This document shows, in pieces, positions 1-8,912 of a DNA stretch of 62,480 nucleotides. Positions within the stretch are counted from its first letter, which is position 1; each line of letters begins with the position of its first letter. The position numbers and the translations under genes were made by a program. The DNA comes from Candidatus Omnitrophota bacterium. Lineage in GTDB: Bacteria; Omnitrophota; Gorgyraeia; Zapsychrales; JANLHA01. The notes beneath the pieces are model-generated. The model did not search any database and had not been told where the DNA came from. It worked only from the letters and a program-made list of their open reading frames with translations. The stretch covers positions 1 through 62,480 of the forward strand of contig JANPFV010000041.1 of the NCBI GenBank assembly GCA_031423615.1, given 5' to 3'.

Positions 1-1053
1 AGCGCCTTTTTTGAAGGCTTCGAGATATTGCTCGTAAACTTTTTGTTTGATGTCCTTAACATCGCTTTCTACACCGGCGACTTTTGATTTATCGGCGTAG
101 ATGCGGCCAAGTAAGGAGTCTTTGAGCGCTTTCTTGTACCAAGCGGCAAGAATGACACTTTGATAAACTTGGCGGGTTTGGGCAAAGTTTTTGCCGGTGT
201 TGACTTCTTCGACGAGCTTGGGCAAGATCATTTCGCGAAAAACGGCGGTGGAAAGATTGCTTACGTCGCGGGAAAAATCGGATGAAGAAGGGTCGATTCC
301 TATCTCACGAGGGTCAGTCCCCTGTAAAGCGGGGACAGACCCTGTGGATGACACTTGTAAAACGGGGGCAGACCCTGTGGATGACACTTGAGATGACAGA
401 TTGTAGTCCTCATCCAGCATAACATTAAGCTTGCTTTCGGTGATGTAGGCAAAGCCGTCTTTTTCTACGACGGTGGCCCCATCAGGAATAATCCAGACTT
501 TGTTAAATGTGCTCAAGGGAATTTCCGTTGTGCCGAATTGTTTTTTGGCGCGGGCTTTGACTTCATTCCAAAACTTCTGTCCCAATTCTTTATCAGGATT
601 GGTCAACGACGAGGCAAGCTGTTTTAAAATATAATCCTGCTCCAGCATTTGCCGGCCCATTTCGGTTTGGCCCAGCGCATCAGGAATGATCCGGTCTTTT
701 TCATACGGAGAAAGGTTGACCCAAGCGTCTTTGTCAGGGATGGTCATAGACGCCAAAAAATATTTGATCAGCTTGGTGCTTTCTTCTTTTAAGCGGTCAT
801 TATTGATTGTGTCCTGCCCGCGATCAACGATGAAATCAAACAAAAGCGGATTCTCCGGATGGACCGTCATACCTCTTAATACCGGCGGCTGAAAAACAGG
901 GGTAAGCCAAATCGATTGCCCCGGAGCGGGAAGATTGGGCAAAATCTGCGCACCCGAGGGCGAGGCGATCATCGACAAGCCAAACGTCGTGAGGACGAAA
1001 AGGCTTACCGTTTTGCGGAAAAATGATGGCTTTTTACGATTCAAGAAATTCAT
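1..1053 (-). CDS. exported protein of unknown function; the 3' end runs off the left edge of the window
   Basis: ATG at 1053-1051 with an open frame down to position 1 (351 codons). It is absent from the ORF track because it has no stop in the window. N-terminus MNFLNRKKPSFFRKTVSLFVLTTFGLSMIASPSGA looks like a signal peptide. I do not recognise the family. Confidence 0.7.
   Translation of the reverse strand, partial: MNFLNRKKPSFFRKTVSLFVLTTFGLSMIASPSGAQILPNLPAPGQSIWLTPVFQPPVLRGMTVHPENPLLFDFIVDRGQDTINNDRLKEESTKLIKYFLASMTIPDKDAWVNLSPYEKDRIIPDALGQTEMGRQMLEQDYILKQLASSLTNPDKELGQKFWNEVKARAKKQFGTTEIPLSTFNKVWIIPDGATVVEKDGFAYITESKLNVMLDEDYNLSSQVSSTGSAPVLQVSSTGSVPALQGTDPREIGIDPSSSDFSRDVSNLSTAVFREMILPKLVEEVNTGKNFAQTRQVYQSVILAAWYKKALKDSLLGRIYADKSKVAGVESDVKDIKQKVYEQYLEAFKKGA
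322..390. repeat. in-frame tandem duplication, period 33 nt
   Basis: cagaccctgtggatgacacttg occurs at 336-357 and again at 369-390. The flanking bases ctgtaaagcgggga and ttgtaaaacggggg are also similar. Confidence 0.85.
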
Positions 1054-1283
1054 GAAGAATCCTTTTGTTGAGGTTCTGAAAATAATTAGTGCCTGTCACT
1101 ATATTCTACAGAAGGAAAGAAAATCTGGTGGTTGCTACTTGACTTAATATGGCTAAGAGAAGAATGACACGCTAAAAGAATAACATTCTAGGAGAAATAA
1201 TGCAAAAGATTTTTTCTTCTCAACATGCACAAAGAATAGGTACAGTATGCACATTTGTCCCGGTTTATGTCAGAGCGGATGGG

Positions 1284-1472
1284 TCACCACTTGACGGCCA
1301 AGCGGTTATTGAGCAATTCTTGATTAAGAAAAATCCCTTCGGCGACGACGCAAGCCGGATCGGTTTCGCCTATTTTATAAAAAACATCGGCCAAATAACG
1401 GCCGCACTTGTCATCCTTGTATGTTTTGAAAATGACAAAAGCGCATTGGGAAAGCCGTTTCTCGACGAATCT
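1284..1472 (-). pseudogene. C-terminal remnant of a thermonuclease (staphylococcal-nuclease-like) gene
   Basis: The minus frame between stops at 1473-1475 and 1284-1286 reads FVEKRLSQCAFVIFKTYKDDKCGRYLADVFYKIGETDPACVVAEGIFLNQELLNNRLAVKW. This resembles the SNase C-terminal signature DKYGRxLAyVy...G..vNeeLVrqGLA. There is no ATG, GTG or TTG near the 5' end and no N-terminal half. Confidence 0.4.
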
Positions 1473-1495
1473 TTAATCAGCCTCAACTTCCCCGG

Positions 1496-2305
1496 TTATG
1501 AAGCAAGAATTGTAATGCCGGATCGGTTGGCCATTTTTACACAAGTACCGCGATCAATAATGAGCGTCTTATGGGCTTCGATGGCGAGGCATTGGGCCTT
1601 GACCCGGATCATATTTTGGATTGTGCGCGGCCCGATGACAGGAATATCAAAACGGAAATCTTGTCCGGGCTTGCTCATTTTCACGACGACCGCGCCTTGA
1701 CGGGCGATTTCTCCACCGCGGCGGATACAGCGGTCAGTCCCTTCCATCGCTTCAATCGCCACAATGGCCTTTTCTTTAATGACCACGGTCTGTCCCACAT
1801 CTAATCCACCCATGGCTTTGGCGATCGTGCGGCCAAATTCAATATCGCCCAGTTCCGCAAGAGTCGGGCCCCGACGGGTCAATGTTCCCTGAGGCGCTAA
1901 ATATTCTTTCAATAAAAACGTGGAATCCAAAAGCTCCAGACCTTCGGTTTTTAATTTCTCCGCCACCGCCCGAAAGATCGTGTCCGCTTTGCGGTCTTCC
2001 AAGGCTTTCATCAGATCTTTGAATTCCTCTTCCTGCGCGATATTCTTATCAAAAAGATTTTTCTGATTGACCTGACCAGCCATGATCACCCGCGTAACCC
2101 CGCGGTCTTTGAGATAGGAAAAAAGTTTCTTAAGTTCGCCCACCTTAAACCAGGCCATTTCATCCGTGAAAGGCTTGAGTAAAAAAGAGGTGTCGCCTTT
2201 GACCGCCGCGGCCACAACCTTCATATTTTGCCGACGGGCTTCGCGGGCGAAGAGGATGGGAAATTTGCCGTTGCCGGCGATAAGGCCGATGGTTTCGTTG
2301 CTCAT
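1496..2305 (-). CDS. lpxI: UDP-2,3-diacylglucosamine pyrophosphatase LpxI
   Basis: N-terminus IGLIAGNGKFPILFA. Central GGLDVGQTVVIKEKAIVAIEAMEGTD and DIPVIGPRT match the LpxI (DUF1009) pattern. It follows lpxA in the operon. Confidence 0.88.
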   Translation of the reverse strand: MSNETIGLIAGNGKFPILFAREARRQNMKVVAAAVKGDTSFLLKPFTDEMAWFKVGELKKLFSYLKDRGVTRVIMAGQVNQKNLFDKNIAQEEEFKDLMKALEDRKADTIFRAVAEKLKTEGLELLDSTFLLKEYLAPQGTLTRRGPTLAELGDIEFGRTIAKAMGGLDVGQTVVIKEKAIVAIEAMEGTDRCIRRGGEIARQGAVVVKMSKPGQDFRFDIPVIGPRTIQNMIRVKAQCLAIEAHKTLIIDRGTCVKMANRSGITILAS

Positions 2306-2312
2306 TCTTTTT

Positions 2313-3098
2313 TTACGAGCACAATCCGCGCTTGGTGGTTTTGGCGAAAAAAATCAAGTGCTCCAATTCAGGGCATGGGGGAACATCCTTGATGATCTGC
2401 TCAATCGCGTGGGTCTTGGTCAAGCCGGAATGAAAAAGGATCTTAAAGGCGAGCTTTAAACTTTTGACGGATTCACGGGGGACTTTGGCGCGCTCTAAAC
2501 CGACAGTATTGAGTTTAAAAACCTTTGCGGGATGACCGTCGCACATGGAAAAAGGCGGAATGTCCTGCACGACCTTGGAACATCCGCCGATGATAGACAA
2601 ACGGCCCAACCGTACAAATTGATGCACCGCGCTCAAACCGCCGACGATGGCGCTGTCCTCCGTCGTGACATGTCCGGCCAAGGTGCCGACATTGGCGAGA
2701 ATACAGTAATTTCCCACGATACAATCATGGGCCACATGGGAGTTGGCCATAAAAAGATTATTATTCCCAACAACGGTCTTGCGTCCGCCTTCAATCGTCC
2801 CGGTATTCATGGTCACGTATTCCCGGATCACATTGTTATCGCCGATGATGAGTTCCACATCATCATGTTCAGAATATTTCTTGTCCTGCGGTGCGGAACC
2901 GATAATGGCCCCGGTAAAAATCTGGCAATGGCGGCCCATTGTCGTCTGGCCGTCTAAAACGCAATGGTTCCCGATGCGGCATCCGTCGCCGATAGAAACC
3001 TTGGGGCCGATCACGGAATAAGCGCCAATAGTCACGTCCGCGCCTAATTTGGCGTCGGAATGAATGACCGCGGTTTTGTGAATTTTTTCAGTTTCCAT
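2313..3098 (-). CDS. lpxA: acyl-ACP--UDP-N-acetylglucosamine O-acyltransferase LpxA
   Basis: 261 aa of left-handed beta-helix hexapeptide repeats (IHSDAKLGADVTIGAYSVIGPKVSIGDGCRIGNHCVL) with a helical C-terminal domain. It sits in a lipid A operon. Confidence 0.92.
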   Translation of the reverse strand: METEKIHKTAVIHSDAKLGADVTIGAYSVIGPKVSIGDGCRIGNHCVLDGQTTMGRHCQIFTGAIIGSAPQDKKYSEHDDVELIIGDNNVIREYVTMNTGTIEGGRKTVVGNNNLFMANSHVAHDCIVGNYCILANVGTLAGHVTTEDSAIVGGLSAVHQFVRLGRLSIIGGCSKVVQDIPPFSMCDGHPAKVFKLNTVGLERAKVPRESVKSLKLAFKILFHSGLTKTHAIEQIIKDVPPCPELEHLIFFAKTTKRGLCS

Positions 3099-3107
3099 AG
3101 GAGCCTG

Positions 3108-4445
3108 TCAGTCTTTGTTTAAAAAATCCGCATCAACAAAAGAAACCATGAATTCCGCCTCGGCCGCGACTTCCTCGCCGACGCGGGCCACCCCTTTGAA
3201 TTGAGCGGTGCGGGAACGATCCCGAATCATGTCCGTTTCTAAGATCAATTGCTCGCCGGGAACGACCAGTTTGCGAAACTTGACCTTGTCAACGGACATA
3301 AACAGGGCCACTTTACCACGATGGTCAGGATTCGTCAACACCAGAACCCCGCCGGTTTGCGCCAGAGCCTCGATCATCAGAACACCCGGCATGACCGGGC
3401 GCGTCGGGAAGTGCCCGGGGAAAAAATTTTCGTTCATCGTGACATTTTTGATGCCGATGGCTTTTTTACCGCGTTGCAAATGAACGATCCGGTCGACAAA
3501 CAAAAAAGGATAACGGTGGGGCAAAATTTTCATGATCTGGCCAACATCCAGTTCCGTGCAATCACCCAAACTGCAATCCGGTAAAAAAAAGTCCGGCGCA
3601 GTGTTTTCCTTTTGCGAAACAATTTTTTTCAAAAGCTCGAGATTTAAATTGTGTCCGCTTTTCGTGGCGGAAATATTGGCCCGGATCGGTTGGCCGGCGA
3701 GGTAAAGGTCCCCAATTAAATCCAAGGCCTTGTGCCTGGCGAACTCATCGGTAAAACGCAAGGTATTGTCAATGACACCCTTTTCGCCCACAACAATGGT
3801 GTTCTCGTACGTCGCGCCCAAACCAAGATTCTGTTTCCTCAATTCCTGCGCCTCAGCTTCGAGACAAAATGTCCTGCAAGGCGCGATCTCCCTTTCAAAA
3901 ATATCCGGCGTCACCGTCGCCGCATAATATTGACTGCGCATAAGAGGATGAGGATAATCCAAAAGATAGGAAACCCGGTAACCGGGGTCGGGCAAGGCGA
4001 CAATGGAAACATCCCCGCGGCTGACGACAACGGGCTCTTTGACCTCAATCCATTTGCGGGGAACATTTTGTTCGGCAATTCCCGCGTTCTTGATGGCCTT
4101 TAAAAATTCCAGACTGCTGCCGTCTAAAAGCGGCAACTCTGCCGCGTCTGTTTCAACAATCACATTGTCTATTTCCAGTCCGCCCAGAGCGCTCATCAAA
4201 TGTTCCACGGTGTGAATAAAAATATTTCCCGTGCCGATGGTCGTACAACGCGGCATACCCGAATCCAAACGGATGGTGTCTACACCGACTTTGATACGCG
4301 GTTGGCCGGGCAAATCCATACGGATAAAAATTATCCCTGAATTTTCCGGCGCCGGCTTAAGGACAATTTTGACCGGAAGGCCGGTATGCAGGCCGCGTCC
4401 GCTCAAGGAAAATTCTTTAGCTATAGTTTTTTGTTGGTCGGCCAT
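3108..4445 (-). CDS. lpxC-fabZ: bifunctional UDP-3-O-acyl-GlcNAc deacetylase / 3-hydroxyacyl-ACP dehydratase (LpxC-FabZ fusion)
   Basis: The N-terminal half is LpxC-like (FSLSGRGLHTGLPVKIVLKPAPENSGIIFIR, HTVEHLMSAL). The C-terminal part is FabZ hot-dog (ILPHRYPFLFVDRIV, FFPGHFPTRPVMPGVLMIEALAQ). Confidence 0.93.
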   Translation of the reverse strand: MADQQKTIAKEFSLSGRGLHTGLPVKIVLKPAPENSGIIFIRMDLPGQPRIKVGVDTIRLDSGMPRCTTIGTGNIFIHTVEHLMSALGGLEIDNVIVETDAAELPLLDGSSLEFLKAIKNAGIAEQNVPRKWIEVKEPVVVSRGDVSIVALPDPGYRVSYLLDYPHPLMRSQYYAATVTPDIFEREIAPCRTFCLEAEAQELRKQNLGLGATYENTIVVGEKGVIDNTLRFTDEFARHKALDLIGDLYLAGQPIRANISATKSGHNLNLELLKKIVSQKENTAPDFFLPDCSLGDCTELDVGQIMKILPHRYPFLFVDRIVHLQRGKKAIGIKNVTMNENFFPGHFPTRPVMPGVLMIEALAQTGGVLVLTNPDHRGKVALFMSVDKVKFRKLVVPGEQLILETDMIRDRSRTAQFKGVARVGEEVAAEAEFMVSFVDADFLNKD

Positions 4446-4452
4446 AAAAAAT

Positions 4453-5487
4453 TTATTTCTTTATCTTTTCTTCCAGTTCTGCAATCCGCTTTTTCAAATC
4501 CATAAGGATTTCCACATAGTGGGGCAAACGCTGTACCGCGGCATTGACTCTTTTGGCCTCCGCCAACGGTTTAGCCGGAAATCCCCAATAAACTGAATCC
4601 GGCGGCACCGAATTGGGAACGCCGGATTTTGCGGCGATGATGGAATTTTTACCGATGGTAATATGTCCCACCAAACCCGCCTGCCCCGCCAAAGTCACAT
4701 TGTCCTCTAAGACTGTTGAACCGGAAATGCCCGCCTGGGAAACGATGATGCAGTTCTCACCGGTGCGGACATTGTGGGCGATCTGCACGAGATTGTCGAT
4801 TTTTGTGCCTTTCCCGACGACGGTTTTGTCAAAACGCGCCCGGTCGATTGTGACATTGGCACCAATCTCGACGTCATCCTGAATTTCCACAATTCCGATT
4901 TGCGGAATCTTGACATTGACCCCTTTGACATTGGCAAAACCAAAACCATCCGAACCGATGACTGTACCGCTGTGAATAATAACCCGCGAACCGATTACGA
5001 TCCGTTCGCGAATGGTCACATGAGGATAAACCAAACAATCCTTTCCCAGAACGGTCCCTTGTCCGATAAAGCTCAATGCGCCAATGACCGTATTATCGTC
5101 GAGCATCACGTCATCCGCAATGATCGCATAAGCTCCCACCGCTACATTTTTTCCCAAACGGACATTTTGACCGATGATGGCGGTTTGATGAATACCCTTG
5201 ACGACGGGCTCCTGGGTTTTTAAAAAATTTTCCGCGATCCTTGAAAAGGCCAAAGAAGGGTTTTCGACGACAATCGCGGGTAGATTTCCGGTGTTAACAC
5301 CCAAAGCGACAATGACCCCCGAAGCCTGGGTTTTTTCCAGAAGAGACGCATACTTGGCATTCGCCAAAAAAGTCAAATCCCCGGACTTGGCTTCTTTGAT
5401 CCCGGACAGGCCAGTAATCACAAGCGTAGCGTCGCCCGTGACCTTTCCGTCGACGATTTTAGCGATGTCGGACAATGTTTTATGCAT
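4453..5487 (-). CDS. lpxD: UDP-3-O-acylglucosamine N-acyltransferase LpxD
   Basis: 344 aa. The N-terminal domain ([15 protein letters not shown]...[11 protein letters not shown]) is followed by long hexapeptide repeats and a C-terminal helix. Confidence 0.92.
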   Translation of the reverse strand: MHKTLSDIAKIVDGKVTGDATLVITGLSGIKEAKSGDLTFLANAKYASLLEKTQASGVIVALGVNTGNLPAIVVENPSLAFSRIAENFLKTQEPVVKGIHQTAIIGQNVRLGKNVAVGAYAIIADDVMLDDNTVIGALSFIGQGTVLGKDCLVYPHVTIRERIVIGSRVIIHSGTVIGSDGFGFANVKGVNVKIPQIGIVEIQDDVEIGANVTIDRARFDKTVVGKGTKIDNLVQIAHNVRTGENCIIVSQAGISGSTVLEDNVTLAGQAGLVGHITIGKNSIIAAKSGVPNSVPPDSVYWGFPAKPLAEAKRVNAAVQRLPHYVEILMDLKKRIAELEEKIKK

Positions 5488-5521
5488 AATTTAAAAAAAT
5501 AGCGCCTTAGCTTTATTACCG

Positions 5522-5568
5522 AAAGAGCAAGAATGAATTGTCAAGTGTCAAATCCATTCTTGCTCTTT
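5522..5568 (-). terminator. 14-bp stem hairpin downstream of skp (possible terminator or processing site)
   Basis: aaagagcaagaatg (5522-5535) pairs perfectly with cattcttgctcttt (5555-5568), about 30 nt after the skp stop. No clear U-tract follows, so it is not a canonical intrinsic terminator. Confidence 0.3.
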
Positions 5569-5598
5569 AAATTTAAAAGATGGCGCGGTTGCGACAGA

Positions 5599-6132
5599 TT
5601 ACTTCTTTTTGTTGCCGGCATTAAAATTCGCGTTGAGAATTTCTAAGACCTGACTGGAAACGTCCATGCCGTCGGCTCCATAAACCAATACGCGGTCATT
5701 GAAAATAATGTCGTACTTTTCCTTTTTCGCAAAATCGCTGGTGACTTTTTCGATTTCCAGTAAGATCTCGCGAATTTTGTCATCCCGCTGTTTTTTCAAA
5801 TCGGTTTGCTGCGCCTGGTCGAAACTGCTCGAATCATTGCGCATCGCATCAAGATCCTTGACCACTTTTTCTTTTTCATCATCCTTTAAAAGCGCCATCT
5901 TATTCTGCAGTTCTTTGATCTTGTCAATCTTTTCATTGCGCGCTTTTTCATAATCCTTGGTTTTTCCCTCGAGAACAGCGTCATAATCCTTGGTTCTCTG
6001 ATAATTGTCAAACACCTTGCTCAAATCCATGACCCCGATCTTTTTAGCTCCCAAAGCGCCTTGCGCCTGGGCGCCCGCGCAAAACATCACAGTCAATGCC
6101 ACGGTTAAAAGACCTGTTTTAAAATTTTTCAC
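5599..6132 (-). CDS. skp: periplasmic chaperone Skp/OmpH
   Basis: Signal peptide, then a Lys/Glu-rich coiled-coil (KIGVMDLSKVFDNYQRTKDYD...). It occupies the canonical position between bamA and lpxD. Confidence 0.85.
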   Translation of the reverse strand: MKNFKTGLLTVALTVMFCAGAQAQGALGAKKIGVMDLSKVFDNYQRTKDYDAVLEGKTKDYEKARNEKIDKIKELQNKMALLKDDEKEKVVKDLDAMRNDSSSFDQAQQTDLKKQRDDKIREILLEIEKVTSDFAKKEKYDIIFNDRVLVYGADGMDVSSQVLEILNANFNAGNKKK

Positions 6133-6186
6133 TGCGTCCTCCTTATGATTGTTGGGTGATATTTAACCTAAAATCGTAAATCGGTT

Positions 6187-8628
6187 TCAGAAGCCCCGGC
6201 TGACACTGAAATAAAACTTCCCGGTTTTCTTTTCTGACCCCGGCACGGTGTCAAAAGGGATACCGTAATCTAAATTGACCGGACCGATGGGCGTTTTGAC
6301 GCGCAAACCAAAACCCGCGCCGCTTTTAAAACTGCCCGAACCGAAATCCGACATCTTGCTCCAAACGTTACCGGTGTCAAAAAAGGTCGCTAATTTCACA
6401 AAGTTGATGACCGGGATCGTATACTCGATATTTCCGATCAACATACTTTCCCCGCCGATCGGGTCATTGTTCGCCGGATCCACCGGCCCCACAGCGCGCT
6501 CATCATAACCACGGATGGTCCGCTCGCCCCCGGCGTAAAACCTTTCAAAAATCGGCACCTTTTGCGAATTACCGTAGGCGTCCTGAAGGCCGGCACGAAA
6601 ACGGAATTCCAGCGTTGAATCAAATTTAAACGGAATATTATAACTGTTGCGCGTGGATAAGCGATAAAAATCTTTGTCCCCGCCGAAAATCCCTCCCGCA
6701 AAATCAACCCCGCCGCTCAAATAGAGACCTTTAGACGGGGAAATACTGCTGTCGCGCCAATCGGTCGCCCAATTGAATCCTAAAAGACTTAACGTATTGT
6801 TTCCTTCTTCCGCCTTTAAGTCCGCAGAAACATTGCTGTCGAAATCGGAAATTTGAATCTTTTCCCGTCGGTACGTTACCCCGCCCGAACTGTACTCCCC
6901 GAAACGACGTCCCAAACGCAAATCCCCGCCCAGACGTTTTTCATTATAGCCATACCCTACACTCTGTGCCTTGTCGTGCTTGGTCAAATAAGCGTCAAAC
7001 CCGGCGGAAACAGGATAATCAAAAAGCCAAGGTTCCGTAAAACTCAAACGCGTATTACTGCGGGTGGAACCCGCTTCCAAGCGCATAGAAAGATTTTGCC
7101 CGGCGCCGGTAAAACTCGGCCAATTGGCAAAATCAAAATTCTTCTGTTCGATTTCGGCAAAACCCACGAATTGATCGACCGTGCTATAACCAGCCCCGAA
7201 GGAAAACGAACCCGTCTTGGCTTCTTTGACGAGAACAATAAGGTTTTTCTTGTCCGGTGTGTCCGTGTCCTCGATATCATAATTCACATCTTCAAAATAT
7301 CCCAAATTGCGCAGGCGTTCTTTACTGCGCCGGAGTTTGGAACCGTCAAAACGGTCACCGGGAAAAAGACGCAATTCCCGGCGGATCACGATATCGCGGG
7401 TGCGGTCATTGCCCTGGATTTTGACCTGACTGATGTAAGCCAAATCTCCTTCGGTGATGTCTAAACGCACATCGACTTTGCCCGTCTTAGCATTGAGCGA
7501 CGCGCTGTCTCGCACATTGACAAAAATATAACCCGCGTCAAAATACAACGAACGGATATTGGAAATATCAACGGTCAGTTTATCGCGGCTGAAAATGCCT
7601 TTTTCCTTGATTTCCTTCATCGCCTCAAAAATCTTTTCACTCGAAATAATAATGTTTCCAACGAGGGCAATCTTTTCGACATAATAGCGCTGGCCTTCGT
7701 GAATGTGGACCTTGACCAGCCGGCTGGAATCATTGATTTCTTCGGCCTCATAGGTTACGGTCGCATCAATAAACCCTTCTTTTTCATAAAAGGACTTCAA
7801 GCGTTCCATGTCTTCATCCAGGACGTCGCTTTTCATAAATCCGGAATTAAACATCCAGGCGTAACGGCTTTTCATCACCTTGATCAAACGCTTGCGGGTA
7901 AACGTCTGATTGCCGTCCATCAGAATATTCTTGATCTTGACCCGGAAACCTTCCTTGATAATAAAATGGACATTAATTTTATTATTGATCTCATCGCGTT
8001 TGGTTTCGACGCTGATCTTAGCCTGCGACAAACCTTTCTTGGCGTAAAGCTCCTCGATGGTCCGGATGTCGTCATTCAACGTTTTATTGTCCAAAAACTT
8101 TCCTTTGACGGTCTTAATTTTGCTTAAAATCCCGGAGGGTTTAAGAAATTTTAATTTCGTAAAAGTGATGTGGTCGACGATTTCTTTTTCAACAACGATA
8201 AAAACGACCTTGTATCCGCCGGGCACATCTTGCCGGTCAACGCTGACATCGGAAAAATAACCCGTATTGTAAAGGCGTTTTAAGTCGTCGCTGATCATGG
8301 CCTGATTATAATCTTGCGCGACTCTGGTCTTGATCTTGGCTAAAATCGTGGCCAGACCGATACTCTTATTCCCCTGGACTTCAACGGCTTTAACTTCTCT
8401 TTTTGCCACGACAGGAGCAGGTTGTTCCACCGCAGCGGGAGTCGGTTCGGTCCTGTCGGTCATTTTAGGAAGGACAAGCGCGGGGTTAATTTCAGGATTT
8501 TCGGAATTTATGGAATTAACGGCTTGGACGGTTTCTTTTTCTTCCGCGCCTTGAGCCGCACAAATCCGTGCAGGAATAAAAGTACTTAAAATGAATATAG
8601 ATACAATAATAGTTTTTGACATGACCAT
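6187..8628 (-). CDS. bamA: outer membrane protein assembly factor BamA
   Basis: Signal peptide (MVMSKTIIVSIFILSTFIPARICAAQG), POTRA-like repeats and a C-terminal beta-barrel ending ...FYFSVSRGF. I trimmed the start from the TTG at 8658 to the ATG at 8628. The ATG at 8622 is also possible. Confidence 0.92.
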   Translation of the reverse strand: MVMSKTIIVSIFILSTFIPARICAAQGAEEKETVQAVNSINSENPEINPALVLPKMTDRTEPTPAAVEQPAPVVAKREVKAVEVQGNKSIGLATILAKIKTRVAQDYNQAMISDDLKRLYNTGYFSDVSVDRQDVPGGYKVVFIVVEKEIVDHITFTKLKFLKPSGILSKIKTVKGKFLDNKTLNDDIRTIEELYAKKGLSQAKISVETKRDEINNKINVHFIIKEGFRVKIKNILMDGNQTFTRKRLIKVMKSRYAWMFNSGFMKSDVLDEDMERLKSFYEKEGFIDATVTYEAEEINDSSRLVKVHIHEGQRYYVEKIALVGNIIISSEKIFEAMKEIKEKGIFSRDKLTVDISNIRSLYFDAGYIFVNVRDSASLNAKTGKVDVRLDITEGDLAYISQVKIQGNDRTRDIVIRRELRLFPGDRFDGSKLRRSKERLRNLGYFEDVNYDIEDTDTPDKKNLIVLVKEAKTGSFSFGAGYSTVDQFVGFAEIEQKNFDFANWPSFTGAGQNLSMRLEAGSTRSNTRLSFTEPWLFDYPVSAGFDAYLTKHDKAQSVGYGYNEKRLGGDLRLGRRFGEYSSGGVTYRREKIQISDFDSNVSADLKAEEGNNTLSLLGFNWATDWRDSSISPSKGLYLSGGVDFAGGIFGGDKDFYRLSTRNSYNIPFKFDSTLEFRFRAGLQDAYGNSQKVPIFERFYAGGERTIRGYDERAVGPVDPANNDPIGGESMLIGNIEYTIPVINFVKLATFFDTGNVWSKMSDFGSGSFKSGAGFGLRVKTPIGPVNLDYGIPFDTVPGSEKKTGKFYFSVSRGF

Positions 8629-8654
8629 GATTATAGGTTTGCAGGGAAAGACTG

Positions 8655-8894
8655 TCAACTTTGATGTGCAAGATTTTCGAAACGCATATACTCTTTAATG
8701 AAAGCGAGTTTCACCGTACCCACTGGACCGTTACGTTGCTTGGCAATATTGATTTCAGCGACCCCGCGGTTTTCTTCCGTCGGGTTGTAATATTCCTCCC
8801 GCATCATAAGGACAACAACGTCGGCATCCTGTTCGATGGCGCCCGATTCGCGCAAGTCGGAAAGCTGGGGCCGGTGATCCTGCCGGCTTTCCAC
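8655..8894 (-). CDS. dnaB: replicative DNA helicase DnaB, C-terminal fragment (same frame as 8913-9986)
   Basis: (A)[36 protein letters not shown] is the conserved DnaB C-terminal motif. It lies in frame with the upstream fragment, separated only by a TAA at 8913-8915. Confidence 0.9.
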   Translation of the reverse strand: MESRQDHRPQLSDLRESGAIEQDADVVVLMMREEYYNPTEENRGVAEINIAKQRNGPVGTVKLAFIKEYMRFENLAHQS

Positions 8895-8912
8895 CGCGCG
8901 CGAAAGTTGGCT

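Noticed and set aside
1200-1700. 166-aa plus-strand ORF spanning the lpxI 3' end and the gap downstream of it.
   Set aside because: It overlaps lpxI on the opposite strand and has no recognisable motifs. The opposite strand of its 5' part carries the SNase-like remnant, so I treat it as an antisense shadow.
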